From Calditrichia bacterium (GTDB lineage: Bacteria; Calditrichota; Calditrichia; JAJRVZ01): a DNA stretch of 64,000 nucleotides. The stretch spans positions 576,001 to 640,000 of the forward strand of contig CAWCNS010000005.1 in assembly GCA_963796965.1 (NCBI GenBank), given 5' to 3'. The notes beneath the pieces were generated by a model, which was given only the letters and a program-made list of their open reading frames with translations, ran no database searches and was not told where the DNA came from. Of this stretch, positions 9,335-20,243 are shown piece by piece (within the stretch, counting starts at the first letter, position 1; the number at the start of each line of letters is the position of its first letter). The position numbers and the translations under genes were made by a program.

Positions 9335-9805
9335 ATGTCAGAAGAAAAAATTAAAAAAGTATCGATCGTAGTATCCAAAGGATCTCTTGAAGGTGTTTAT
9401 CCAGGTCTAATTATGGCCAACGGCGCACGCATGGAAGGCATAGAAGCGAATTTGTTTTTTACTTTTTTTGGGTTGGAGGCGATAATCAAGAAAAAAATGG
9501 ATAAGCTTAAAGTGGCCACAGTTGGAAACCCAGCCATGCATATGCCCACTATGTTGGGAATGATTCCAGGCATGTCAGCCTTTGCGACCTCTATGATGAA
9601 AAAAGAGATGGACAAGATTGATGTTCCCCCGGTGGGAGAATTTGTCGAAATGATTTATGATGCTGGGGCGAAATTGTATGCTTGTAAAGCAACCGTTGAT
9701 ATGTTTCACCTTACCCAGGACGATTTTTGTGAACAAACAGACAGCATCATAAATGTTGCAAGATTCTACGAAGTTTCAGCAGGTGGTCAGATTATTTTCA
9801 CCTAA
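9335..9805 (+). CDS. DsrE/DsrF/DrsH-like sulfur carrier
   Basis: LFFTFFGL, LYACKAT, GGQIIFT C-terminus; AAGGAG RBS before ATG 9335. Confidence 0.87.
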   Translation: MSEEKIKKVSIVVSKGSLEGVYPGLIMANGARMEGIEANLFFTFFGLEAIIKKKMDKLKVATVGNPAMHMPTMLGMIPGMSAFATSMMKKEMDKIDVPPVGEFVEMIYDAGAKLYACKATVDMFHLTQDDFCEQTDSIINVARFYEVSAGGQIIFT

Positions 9806-9813
9806 ACCTTAAT

Positions 9814-10097
9814 AATAGAACGCGGATGAACTCGGATGACACAGATTTTCGCAGATTTAATTTTAAAGTATTTTGAATTAATCTGATTTAGTAATACAAT
9901 CAATTTATAAATGATTGACTCAAATTAGATTCTAAAAGGGATTTGATATCTTTGTAACCCGGAATTCATCAAAAGAACTACAAAGATCATCTGAGAAAAG
10001 AGAAAATGCGAGAAATCATTCTTATATCTTCTCTTACATCATGTATAGATCAAATATCCGATAGAATCCGTGTCATCTGTGTTCTCCGCGTTCTATT
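9814..10097. mobile_element. Family C MITE-like element with periodic terminal inverted repeats, between convergent genes
   Basis: Perfect 13-bp termini aatagaacgcgga / tccgcgttctatt extending into imperfect ~40-bp arms (cgcggatgaactcggatgacacagatt vs aatccgtgtcatctgtgttctccgcg); no ORF inside. Confidence 0.7.
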
Positions 10098-10104
10098 TTA
10101 GCAC

Positions 10105-12354
10105 CTACTTCACCAGCATCATCTTCCTACGCATACTATGGTCACCAGATTTGAGCACATAATAATAAGCACCACTGGAGAATCCTGAAGCGTTCCACTC
10201 AACAGTGTGTAATCCCGCCTGTTGCGATTCATCTATAAGCACAGCCACTTTTTGACCAAGTAAATTATAAATAGAGAGTTCAACAGAACTGGTAACTGGT
10301 AATTGATAATTGATAATTGTCCTTGGATTAAAAGGATTTGGATAATTCTGGTATAACTGAAATGTCGTAACAACCTTAAGATCTTCTCCTTTGATGAGCC
10401 AGAGGACCCAGACCACCTTCAAAAAACCTCATCGTTCGTGTCATTATCGCCCTTCTACTCTCCAGAGGATATATTGTCTCAAAGGGTATGGACAAATGAA
10501 CCAGCCTGCCTGCCGTATTTCCTTCCGGAAATACACCCTCATAAGCAATACCCGCTGATTTAAAATCATTTGTACCCATTTGATAAGTCAGAACGTCTAT
10601 TCCGCCACTTGCACCCTCCATAACATCAGGATAGTCAACATCAAAAGTTCCATGGGTCCCATCATCAAAATTGATTATTCCAACCCCTTCAAAGAGACCA
10701 TATTGTACCGGTTCCGCCTTATAATAGGTCGCCGGCAATCCGCCAGGGGCATCTTCCTGATACCTGGACTTCAGATAATGACGATAAAAATAAGCATCGG
10801 GAATCCCGCCATTTTCAGCCAGGTCATAACCTATCTCAGATCCTGAAATAAATAAATTACCACCACTATCCAAAAATGACATAATCGCTCTTTGTTCATT
10901 CAAGGTTAAGGTTGTATCATGAAAACTCTCATCTCCCAGAATCCATATAACCGTCTCATAATCGGAAAGTATAATACGATTGCTTTCAACAGCCTCATTG
11001 AGAGCATAGGAAAAAGAATACCCGCTATTTATAACAGGATCCGTATACTCCTTTATATAGTCTGCTCTGGTGTTTGTTGAACGGTCGAAACCATTTACAA
11101 TCAATACTTTAGATGGATCTACAGAAGGGACAGCAGCAAGCAAATGTCGGTTAGGTCCGGAAGAAGCACTGTCATTGACAGAGGCTACTCTAAAATAATA
11201 CAAGGAATCGTTATCCAACCCGCTAAGGATTAATCTATTAGATGAATCGTTACAGAATCTGTATAAGTTTATCCCATCACGACTTATCATAACCATATAT
11301 CCCGTTGTTCTTTTAGTCGGTGCAATATCGACCTTAAGGCACCAGGAAGCCTGCCAGGTTAGGTTTATATTATCAGGAGTTCCCGGGGCTTTTGGATCGA
11401 GATGATATCGGCAAAAATAGTCATATTTTTATTAACCGTGACATCTAATGAGTCTTTCAGATATCCTTCAGACTCAAAGAATAACGTATACTTTCCAGGT
11501 ACAACCGCATCAAAAAGAAAAAAACCATTATTATTTTGATCACCATGATATACAAGATTGCCTGGCTTAAGAGTGACTTTAAAATCATTCAGAGGAAGTT
11601 TATCATCATTACTGGTTGGAAGATAATAATAATCGACGTTTTTTTCGATATCCCTTATAATTCCGGCGATTTCGCCAAAAGAAACGTTCCCCCATTAAAA
11701 TACTTTAAAAATGATCTGGCAATGGCCCAGGCTTCATGTTTTCTGTAATCACTATTGGTTAGTCGCCAGGACTCCGGCAAATAATCATGATGGGAACCCT
11801 CAGATATGGTTGCCGGCATGATTGTTCCCCGTAGGACACCATATCCGGAGGTGCCCCATTCAGGTCGAAATGACCAGTCTCCCCGGTTAGACCAATGTGA
11901 TGTCCTATGGGCATCATATAATTCAACAGCCATGATCTCGCCCATAACCTTAGCATCATCAAACCAGGGATCATTATCATATCCACGATACAGCATCAGG
12001 GTTGAATTATGCGTACCATTATATCCGTTACTATGAATAGAATTGAAATAGTCTGCATTGCTTTCATTGGCAACCGCCACTCTTTCAGAAAGACTTAAAT
12101 CATCAATATCTCCGTCGTTACCCTCTCTTGTAAGAATAACGGTCGCACCTAATCCCTCAAGAATATCCCTGAGATAGAATGCTTTTTCCAGATTAGACTC
12201 AGATTCCCAAAACCCCGTTGCCGCCATATAACGATCATCAGACTCATAGCCACCATGGCCGGGATCGATGCAGATCTTGGCGCCGGTTAGGGATTGTGCC
12301 TGGATTGAAGCGAGAAAAAAGAAGAGAGAAGAGAGAAGAAAGAATTATTCGCAT
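10105..12354 (-). CDS. Secreted N-acetylmuramoyl-L-alanine amidase (Amidase_3) + Fn3 + shared alpha/beta module + C-terminal sorting domain; several frameshifts
   Basis: Reconstructed: signal peptide, ICIDPGHGG, ESESNL, LSLSERV..AN, NSIHSNG, ISEGSHHD; LYYFRVASVN (Fn3); QNYPNPFNP...RRKMMLVK. Fragments 11655-12227, 10376-11296, 10105-10422. ATG 12354 overlaps the upstream stop. Confidence 0.82.
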
Positions 12355-13292
12355 TATTCAGCACTCCTCTCATAGGATACGTGCATCAGATAGATTTCAC
12401 CTTTATCCGAATGAAAAGTGATGCGCTGACCATCAGGAGACCAGTTTGGATGGAGGGCAATCATATCATCATTAGTCAGGAGATATTTATCATTCCCACT
12501 CAAATTTGAAATATAGATATTGGAAGAGGTGTATTGATGCCCATCATCATGGTCAACCATATAGAGAATCCATTGTCCATCAGGAGACCATTTTGGGGTA
12601 TGAGCATATCCTAATTCATGAAGAATATTACCATCCAGATCAGAAATAAATGTACCCCTGCCGGCAAGAGTAAACAGAATATTTTTTTGATTTGGGGAGA
12701 AAGAGGCCCAAATATAGTGACCTTCACCCAAGGATTGCAGCTTCTTTGAAATATTATTTCTATATATATACAGGTCCAGATCCTTTGTATATACAACGGC
12801 TTTTTCAATTGATACAGATTTACTCACTTGATGTGATTTGAGATCTACAACCTCAAATTGGGGATCTGTTTGAAATATTAACCTCTGATCATCTACCAAT
12901 GTGGGATTTATAACCTGATTTTGTCCCGTATCTATTCGATGCTCTAATCTCTTCTCTATATCAAGCTCAATAAGAAACGATTGTCTTTTACGGTTTTTAT
13001 AGGAATTTTCTCTGAAATATATTTTTTTTCCATTCTCAGAGAATACTGGTCGATACCCTGCACCATCTGCCTTTGTAAGATAGTGCTGTTCTCGTGAGTT
13101 AAGATCATAGGAAAAAAGACCTTTATAAGTGGAAGTCGTATAATAAAGTTTGTTTCCATCTGGAGAGAATTGGGGATAAAAATACAATCCATCGTCTGAA
13201 TCGGTAATTTTGTCTTCAGATACAACTTCCCAGTTCTGGGCCATTCCTAACCCAATCAAGGTTACTATCATCACAGCCAAGCGAATAAACAT
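12354..13292 (-). CDS. Secreted TolB-like beta-propeller protein (PD40 repeats)
   Basis: Signal peptide; repeated PQFSPDG, PVFSENG, ASFSPNQ, PKWSPDG, PNWSPDG. Confidence 0.88.
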   Translation of the reverse strand: MFIRLAVMIVTLIGLGMAQNWEVVSEDKITDSDDGLYFYPQFSPDGNKLYYTTSTYKGLFSYDLNSREQHYLTKADGAGYRPVFSENGKKIYFRENSYKNRKRQSFLIELDIEKRLEHRIDTGQNQVINPTLVDDQRLIFQTDPQFEVVDLKSHQVSKSVSIEKAVVYTKDLDLYIYRNNISKKLQSLGEGHYIWASFSPNQKNILFTLAGRGTFISDLDGNILHELGYAHTPKWSPDGQWILYMVDHDDGHQYTSSNIYISNLSGNDKYLLTNDDMIALHPNWSPDGQRITFHSDKGEIYLMHVSYERSAE

Positions 13293-13520
13293 TATCTAAA
13301 TCCTGATTTTTTTTAATGAATAGTTAATTACACGAAGCACCGCAACCTCCTCCAAAAAAAAATATTCAATATTCAGCACGGAACATTCAATTTTCAAGTT
13401 TAAGAACAGGAAATTCTTGTAAAGACATCTAAAACAAATTATAGCCTTGCCTGCCCTATACACCATCCCTAATAAATTTCTTCTCCTCTGCGTCTTTGCG
13501 TCTCTGCGAGAAAATAAATA

Positions 13521-16413
13521 CTACTTTATCAGCACCATTTTGCGTTTCATCATTTTTGTCCGGAACGCAGGATGTAAAAATAGGTACCTGTCGCAAGGTA
13601 TTGTCCATTGAACTGGACAGTATAAGCCCCCGGCATTAGTTTTTCGTCAACCAAAGTTGCAACAGCCTGACCAAGGACATCATAAATGACTAGGGTTGTT
13701 GGATTTGTTTCTTTAATCGAGAATTTAATCTTCGTTATCGGATTAAAGGGATTGGGATAATTTTGGTCAAGAAAAAATTCCTCCACCACGGTAACCTCAT
13801 CTACCTCAATGGGCAGAACCGGTCTTTCACCCTCAAAAAAATCAAAAATCCGATCCATCACATCCATGCGTTTCTGCACAACAACTATTGTCTCAAAGGG
13901 AAAACTAAGATGAACAAGTTTTCCGGGAGTTGAACCGCTTGGGAAATTTCCCTCATAAGCAATACCGGAGACACCCTGGGTTTCGATCGGGTCAATTTCT
14001 TTAAACTTTAATACATTTCCTGCACCGCCAGCAGCCCAAATAGCATCAGGCCAGTCCACATCGATGGTCCCATGAGTACCATCATCAAACTGAATATCAC
14101 CAAGGCCTTCAAAGATACCCCGTTCTACTTCACGGGCGATGTAATAGGTCCCAGATTCACCCTTTGGTGCATCATTGATATACTTTGCCTTCAAGTAATT
14201 TCTATAGAACTGTACATCCGGGATGCCCCCACTGTGTTCCAAATCCCATCCGATTTCTGCTCCGGAGACAAAAAAGTGTCCACCTCCATCCAGGAATGCT
14301 TTCACTTTAGCCTGTTCTGTTGGATCAAAGGTATGATCGGCTGTACTTTCATCTCCAAGAATCCAGATTACTGTTGAGAAATTCTTGCAGGGAAACTTTT
14401 CCGGCAATAACCGACTCATTCATCATATAGGAGAAAGGATAGCCCCTTTCATTTACCGGATCTGCATAAAAGCGGATATAATCATAACGGGTATTGGTTG
14501 CCCGATCAAATCCGTTTACGATAAGAACCTCGTGCGGATCAGATGAGGGTACCCCGGCAAACAACCTTTGGGTAAGTAGGTGATGATCCCCCACTGTTTT
14601 TTGCTTTTACTTTTAAATAGTAGACAGTATTCTCATCCAATCCCGGAATAAGAATCTCATTTGTATCAGCAACAACTGAATCGATAAAAGTTGTTCCATC
14701 CAGACTGATCATTGCCACATACTGTGCGGCCCGGTCGGCCGGATCACACAATACTTTTAACGTGGATCCATCATGATTTAATACCCGCACATGATCAGGG
14801 GTGAGCGGCGGTGTCTCTATGGGCGAAATCTCAGGGATTGAATCTGTTTTGAAAATATTTGAATTGGCAGATTCATTCCAATAACGGTCCAACATCGTAG
14901 CAGCATAATAATAATAAGGACTATATTCCTGAATATCTGAGAAGGTATCCGTATAGGTAAAATTACTATTCCCAAAGCGGCGATAAATAATCTGATCTTC
15001 ATTCTGATCGACGGTTCATCGGTCGAACGATAGATAGACAAACCAATGATCTTCTGTCGTACCAGCCGGCGGATTAACTACAATATAATATTTTAAAGAA
15101 TCCAATTTTGTTACAGACAAGATTGGGGATTCAGGAGAAGTATTGTCGATTAATCCCGTATCACGGGTTTTAGTGATAGTGGGAAACATTTTACTTTTAG
15201 CATCTAACCAATAATTATGATCACGCCATTGTCCATAGCTAAAAAACTGAAAACCATCTGTCCAGGCAACATCACGGCACCGTTCAACAACAGAGGGATG
15301 ATTATCCCAAACATTTTCCTCATCAAACCGGTAAGATCCCGGCCCAACGGTATATAGTCTTCCTGCATTTATACCAGTCTGACAGGGCTCTTTCCAGCAT
15401 TCATCGGTTGCACAATCACCCTGGAGCATGCCATAAAACCCATCGGCAGTAAGCCAATGATAATGCATCGGTGTAAGTTGATCAATATAACCTTCATTAA
15501 ACCATAATGCGGCATCCTGAAAAACAATATCGTAGCCATTCCAACCAGACCAGTTATATTTTCCAAGCGCAGCTGGTGATAATCGAATCCAGGGTTTAAC
15601 AGCCTGAATCGAATCATGTAATGTTTTGACAAACTTTGTCACAGAGTTACGCCAAAAATCTTCCCAGCTTGCCGAGCCATCAGGCACCCCACCATCTTCA
15701 GGATGATCCTCATCCCAGAGATAGCGATCCATGGGATAATTGATCAAATAATCTTCCTGTTCGGCACTTATCATGCCATCAAGCATACGGTGACTCTCTG
15801 GATTATTCGCTAATTTATATTTTCCCGAAATGGTATATTCATTCCAGCGGACATAGTCCAGATGAAAACCATCAATATCATAATTATTGACGATTTCCAT
15901 GGCCACATTAACCGTATAAGCACGAACAGAATCCAGGCCGGGAGAGAATGACGCAATATTTGATGGCATTAAATTACCTGAGACATCCCGGCACACCCAG
16001 TTGCGATGCTTAACAGACGGCGGCAAAGGATCCAGTGTATCATCATCTTCAGAAACATGAAACACATTGAACCAGGCATGCAGTTCCAATCCCCTTTTAT
16101 GGGCTTCTTCAATGGCATAGGCTAAAGGATCATATCCGGGATATTGGTAACCGGCATAGTATCCCCAGGGCTCATATTGTGAATCATAATAAACAGCCCC
16201 ACCCTGTCTTACCTGCCAGAGGACGGCATTCATATTTGCCTTTTTTACATTATCGAGAATCTGTCTCACACTGGCTTTATTTTCCTCAGCCGTATCATAG
16301 CGGTTAATATGTTCCCAGGTAATTACCCAAACTGAGCGGAATTCATCATTATTTCCGGAAACAGCGCCTGTTACAAATAATAAAACCACAAGTAAAATCA
16401 TAGCATACTTCAT
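13521..16413 (-). CDS. Secreted GHL10 (DUF187, YddW/DigH-like) glycoside hydrolase + Fn3 + shared module + C-terminal sorting domain; several frameshifts
   Basis: EFRSVWV, NMNAVLWQVR, YDPLAYAIEEAHKRGLELHAWFN, YDIDGFHLDYVR. Fragments 15016-16413, 14817-15041, 14539-14895, 14349-14594, 13550-14419; true end RKMVLIK* at 13521. Confidence 0.82.
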
Positions 16414-16648
16414 TCCATTACCCTTCAGTCAATAAATTCTAATCTCTAATATCCGAAATATGTCCAAATATCAAATCCCAATGTCCAAATATCCTAATTC
16501 CAATTTCCTAATTATCCCGATTAAGAAATTTCATCCAGATTACTTATCGGGACAAAATCCTACCGGATTTAGCAAAATGTTAATTTATACATAATTATAA
16601 TTCGAAACTGTGACAAAGTTCGTATTTTTGGAAATTATTTTACGAAAA

Positions 16649-16823
16649 TCTCGCGCAGCGACGCAACGACGCAGCGATATTGTACAAAAAATCCATCTTA
16701 AAATTCTTATTATATTTTATAATTTTAAAATATTAATAATAATTATATAAATAATTCGTGTAAATTAGTGGAATTCGTGGATAAAAATCTTTTGTTCTCT
16801 GTGGCGTTGCGGCGCTGCGTGAA
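16649..16823. repeat. Family A inverted-repeat element containing a family D arm
   Basis: Left tctcgcgcagcgacgcaacgacgcagcga; right tctctgtggcgttgcggcgctgcgtgaa; internal aattcgtgtaaattagtggaattcgtgga (16753-16781). Confidence 0.78.
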
Positions 16824-16850
16824 ATAAAACAACACCGAAAAATGAAAGAT

Positions 16851-17356
16851 ATGGCAATGAATAGAAAAAAACTTATCCCCAACAACGACCAAGCTGGGAT
16901 GAATATTTCATCAAATTAGTGGATGAAGTCGCCCTGCGTGCTACGTGTGACCGGGGGCTAAGCGGGTGTATTATCGTAAAAGATAAACGGATCCTCTGCA
17001 CCGGCTATGTGGGATCTCCCCCGGGCTTTGCCCATTGCTATGAGGCCGGCCATCTATTGAAAAAAATAATCGATGATGATGGAACGGAAAGACAACATTG
17101 TGTCCGCACCATTCATGCGGAACAAAACGCCATATGCCAGGCTGCACGGTATGGCATTTCACTGGATGGTACAACTTTATACTGTACAATGGAACCCTGC
17201 AGGGTTTGTACGATGCTCATTATCAGTGTAGGAATAAAGAAAGTGGTTGCAAAAAAACGCTATCATGCAGCGCTGGAGAGCAGAGTCCTATTGCAGGAAG
17301 CGGGAATCCCACTTGTGGTCATAGAGGATTCAATTGAAGAATATGAGAATCAATGA
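16851..17356 (+). CDS. Cytidine/deoxycytidylate (dCMP) deaminase family protein; 5' frameshift in A-run 16865-16871
   Basis: RPSWDEYF...RATC.R, TGYVGSP, IHAEQNAI, PCRVC zinc motifs. Confidence 0.88.
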
Positions 17357-17384
17357 CCTGAAGGCCTTTAGCATAAATCAATTA

Positions 17385-17548
17385 TCTCTCGCAAAGGCCT
17401 GCCCCGCCAGATGCGGGCAGCGCAGAGACGCAAAGGTTTATTATTAAATGAGTAATGTAGATATTAATAGACTTTTTTTAATATTATTTCTATCATTTTA
17501 AAGATTTGTATATATATATTTCTTTGCGGCTTAGCGCCTTTGCGAGAA
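17385..17548. repeat. Family A inverted-repeat element whose left arm carries a 23-bp hairpin insertion
   Basis: Left tctcgcaaagg[cctgccccgccagatgcgggcag]cgcagagacgcaaag; right ctttgcggcttagcgcctttgcgaga. Confidence 0.8.
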
Positions 17549-17737
17549 AAATTTCTATATACATAAAGTTAATTATTTGAGATAAATGATTCCTACTTTT
17601 CTTACCTGGAATATTTTTCAATTTACCCTTATGTAAATTTTTACAAATTTTCCGGTATAAATGGTTAAATTATGGGAATTTAATTGATGCTTGATTAAGT
17701 TTATACCCTTTTGAGCAGGATGTTCAATTTTAATTCA

Positions 17738-17805
17738 AAATGGACTACAACTTGAAGGGGAAAACGATGTGCTTTTAGATCAACCTTTTGAGTTGTCGTC
17801 CATTT
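17738..17805. repeat. ~21-bp imperfect inverted repeat upstream of the MFS/RND genes
   Basis: aaatggactacaacttgaagg ... ccttttgagttgtcgtccattt. Confidence 0.6.
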
Positions 17806-17887
17806 CATGCAGATCTACAAATCAAATAAATAAAATATTAAAAGAAATTGTATCAATAACCATCAGAATTTAATCTAAACAGAAGAA

Positions 17888-19073
17888 ATGAATAAAACGC
17901 TTGTTAAAATAACCCTTTTATTCACCAGTAGTTTGACAATCATGGCTGGTGCCACGATTGCTCCATCCTTACCACAAATTGAGCAGGTTTTCTCGAATCA
18001 TCCACAATCGGAGATTTTGACGAAATTAATATTGACAATTCCGGCCCTTTTTATCACTATTGGCGCCCCCCTCGTTGGCCTGTTAATTGATCGATATGGC
18101 CGGGTGAGGATGTTATTGGGATCTTTATTATTATATGGTTTCTCTGGTACATCGGGCTTTTTTATGGATGATATATATGCATTATTGATTGGGCGGGCAT
18201 TTTTGGGTATCGCCGTTGCCGGGGTCCTGACGACAACCATTACATTAATAGCCGACTATTTCACAGGTGAGGAACGCAACGCATTTATGGGGTTACAGGG
18301 TGCGTGTGTCGCATTAGGTGGCGTTATATTTATTACCAGTGGCGGGCTTTTGGCTGAGGTAAGCTGGCGGGCACCGTTTTTGATTTATCTGGCCGCTTTT
18401 TTCATCTTCCCGGCTGCCTATTATTCACTATCTGAACCTGAACCTGTAACAAAAGAATCCAGAGGACTCTGCCATTCGTGAAGACAACTACCAAAAAAAA
18501 TTGGTGGTTGTTATTTATTTGACGGCTCTGGTCGGTATGATGCTTTTTTACATCATCCCTGTACAAATACCTTTTTTCATCAAGGACCAGACCGGCGTCA
18601 GTAATACGCTAATTGGATTGGCCATTGCCTGCTCCACGCTATCATCGGCAATCGTTTCGCTTAATTATAAAAGAATCCGGGCAAAATGGCGTTTTTCTAC
18701 TATTTATTTTTTCTCTTTTCTTTTTCTTGCTATCGGTTTCTCAATAATTTTTATGGTCAATTCATATATTATGATCGTATTAGGACTCCTCATCGGAGGA
18801 ATAGGAATGGGTGTCCTGATTCCAAATTCAAACATCTGGGTTGTTACACTTTCACCCGATTCAATGCGTGGACGGATCGTAGGAGGGTTAACCACATCAG
18901 TTTTCATTGGACAATTTATATCACCGATTGTCACAGAACCTGTTCTTTTGTTAACATCAGCAAATAAAATATATGCCATTGCCAGCATTGGGATGTTTCT
19001 AATAGCTTTCGCCTATTTAATTTATACCATTTTCTCAAACAGGCAACATGCAATTTCTCATTCTGGGGCATAG
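17888..19073 (+). CDS. MFS transporter (drug:H+ antiporter-like); frameshift near 18470-18500
   Basis: GLLIDRYGRVR motif A, LIGRAFLG, SWRAPF; two ~6-TM halves 17888-18481 and 18501-19073. Confidence 0.85.
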
Positions 19074-19103
19074 AATTAATTTATAATTCGTAAAGGTAAA
19101 ACA

Positions 19104-20243
19104 ATGAAAATCAAAAGTTTTCTAATACCCGTAATCATCATCATTGTCAGTATTTTCATTACAATTTTTTTATTCTCACTAAAAAGTGATCAACCTAAAA
19201 CAGCGGCCACTCCAAAAGAAAAAATTGTCGATATCACTGTTGTCCAGTTAGAGGATATATCCTCCGAGTTGAACGGTCTGGGCAAACTCACATCTGCGCA
19301 ACCGCTGGTGCTCTTCAGTGAAGTTTCAGGTATTGTTCAAAAAGGTAATATTCCATTTCAACCGGCCCAGTTTTTTAACAAAGGAGATCTCATTGCTGTA
19401 ATTGATGACCGGCAAATTAAATTAGAGATCAACAGCGCCAAAAGCGACTTCCTGAACGCTCTCTCCTCTGTTCTACCAGAAATAAAAGTCGATTTCCCGG
19501 AGGAATTTAGGGTATGGCAGGATTATTTCGACCAATGTGATGTTTACTCTTCCCTTCCTAAACTTCCAGAAGCTCAAAACCAGAAAATCAAATTATTTTT
19601 GAGCCGCTTCAATGTTTATAAGCTCTATTTTATGATACGGAATTTGGAAGTTCGACTGGAAAAACATTATTTCTATGCACCCTTTGCCGGATCAATTATA
19701 ACTGCTGACCTGCGTATAGGTTCTACAGCAAGGAACGGAAGCCGTATAGGAGAGGTCATCAACCTTGAAAACATGGAGGTAGAAATTCCAATCCCCGCCG
19801 CTGATATAGAGTGGATTAACAGTAAAATGCCGGTTACCCTGACCTCCACAGAGTTGAATAAAGAATGGCAAGGTAAAATTGTACGCATTGGAAATTTCAT
19901 AGATCCAAATACTCAGTCCGTATCCGTATTTGTCCGACCGGAATATTCTGCGATGAAACAGCTCTACGAGGGCATCTTCTTAAAAGCAAAAATTCCCGGA
20001 ATTATTGTAAAAAATGCCTTTTCGATACCCCGGAAAGCTCTTTATCATGAAGGTTATATCTATTGCATTAAGGAGGGGCGCCTTGATTACCGGAGTGTTG
20101 AAATTGCCAGGTATGAGACTAATTCTGTAATTATTTCCGGGGGATTAGCAAGCGGCGATACTGTTGTAACAGAGGTATTACAGGGAGTGGCAAGTGGAAT
20201 GATAGCCCGCCCAAAAAAGAATTCTGGCGGGGAGATTAACTGA
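19104..20243 (+). CDS. RND efflux periplasmic adaptor (membrane fusion protein)
   Basis: N-terminal anchor, SEVSGIV, APFAGSI, IDPNTQS, GLASGDTVV. Confidence 0.88.
   Translation: MKIKSFLIPVIIIIVSIFITIFLFSLKSDQPKTAATPKEKIVDITVVQLEDISSELNGLGKLTSAQPLVLFSEVSGIVQKGNIPFQPAQFFNKGDLIAVIDDRQIKLEINSAKSDFLNALSSVLPEIKVDFPEEFRVWQDYFDQCDVYSSLPKLPEAQNQKIKLFLSRFNVYKLYFMIRNLEVRLEKHYFYAPFAGSIITADLRIGSTARNGSRIGEVINLENMEVEIPIPAADIEWINSKMPVTLTSTELNKEWQGKIVRIGNFIDPNTQSVSVFVRPEYSAMKQLYEGIFLKAKIPGIIVKNAFSIPRKALYHEGYIYCIKEGRLDYRSVEIARYETNSVIISGGLASGDTVVTEVLQGVASGMIARPKKNSGGEIN

Noticed and set aside
8853..9805. Evidence for dissimilatory sulfate reduction or reverse-Dsr sulfur oxidation
   Set aside because: No dsrAB/dsrMK in the window and the DsrC-like protein lacks the second Cys
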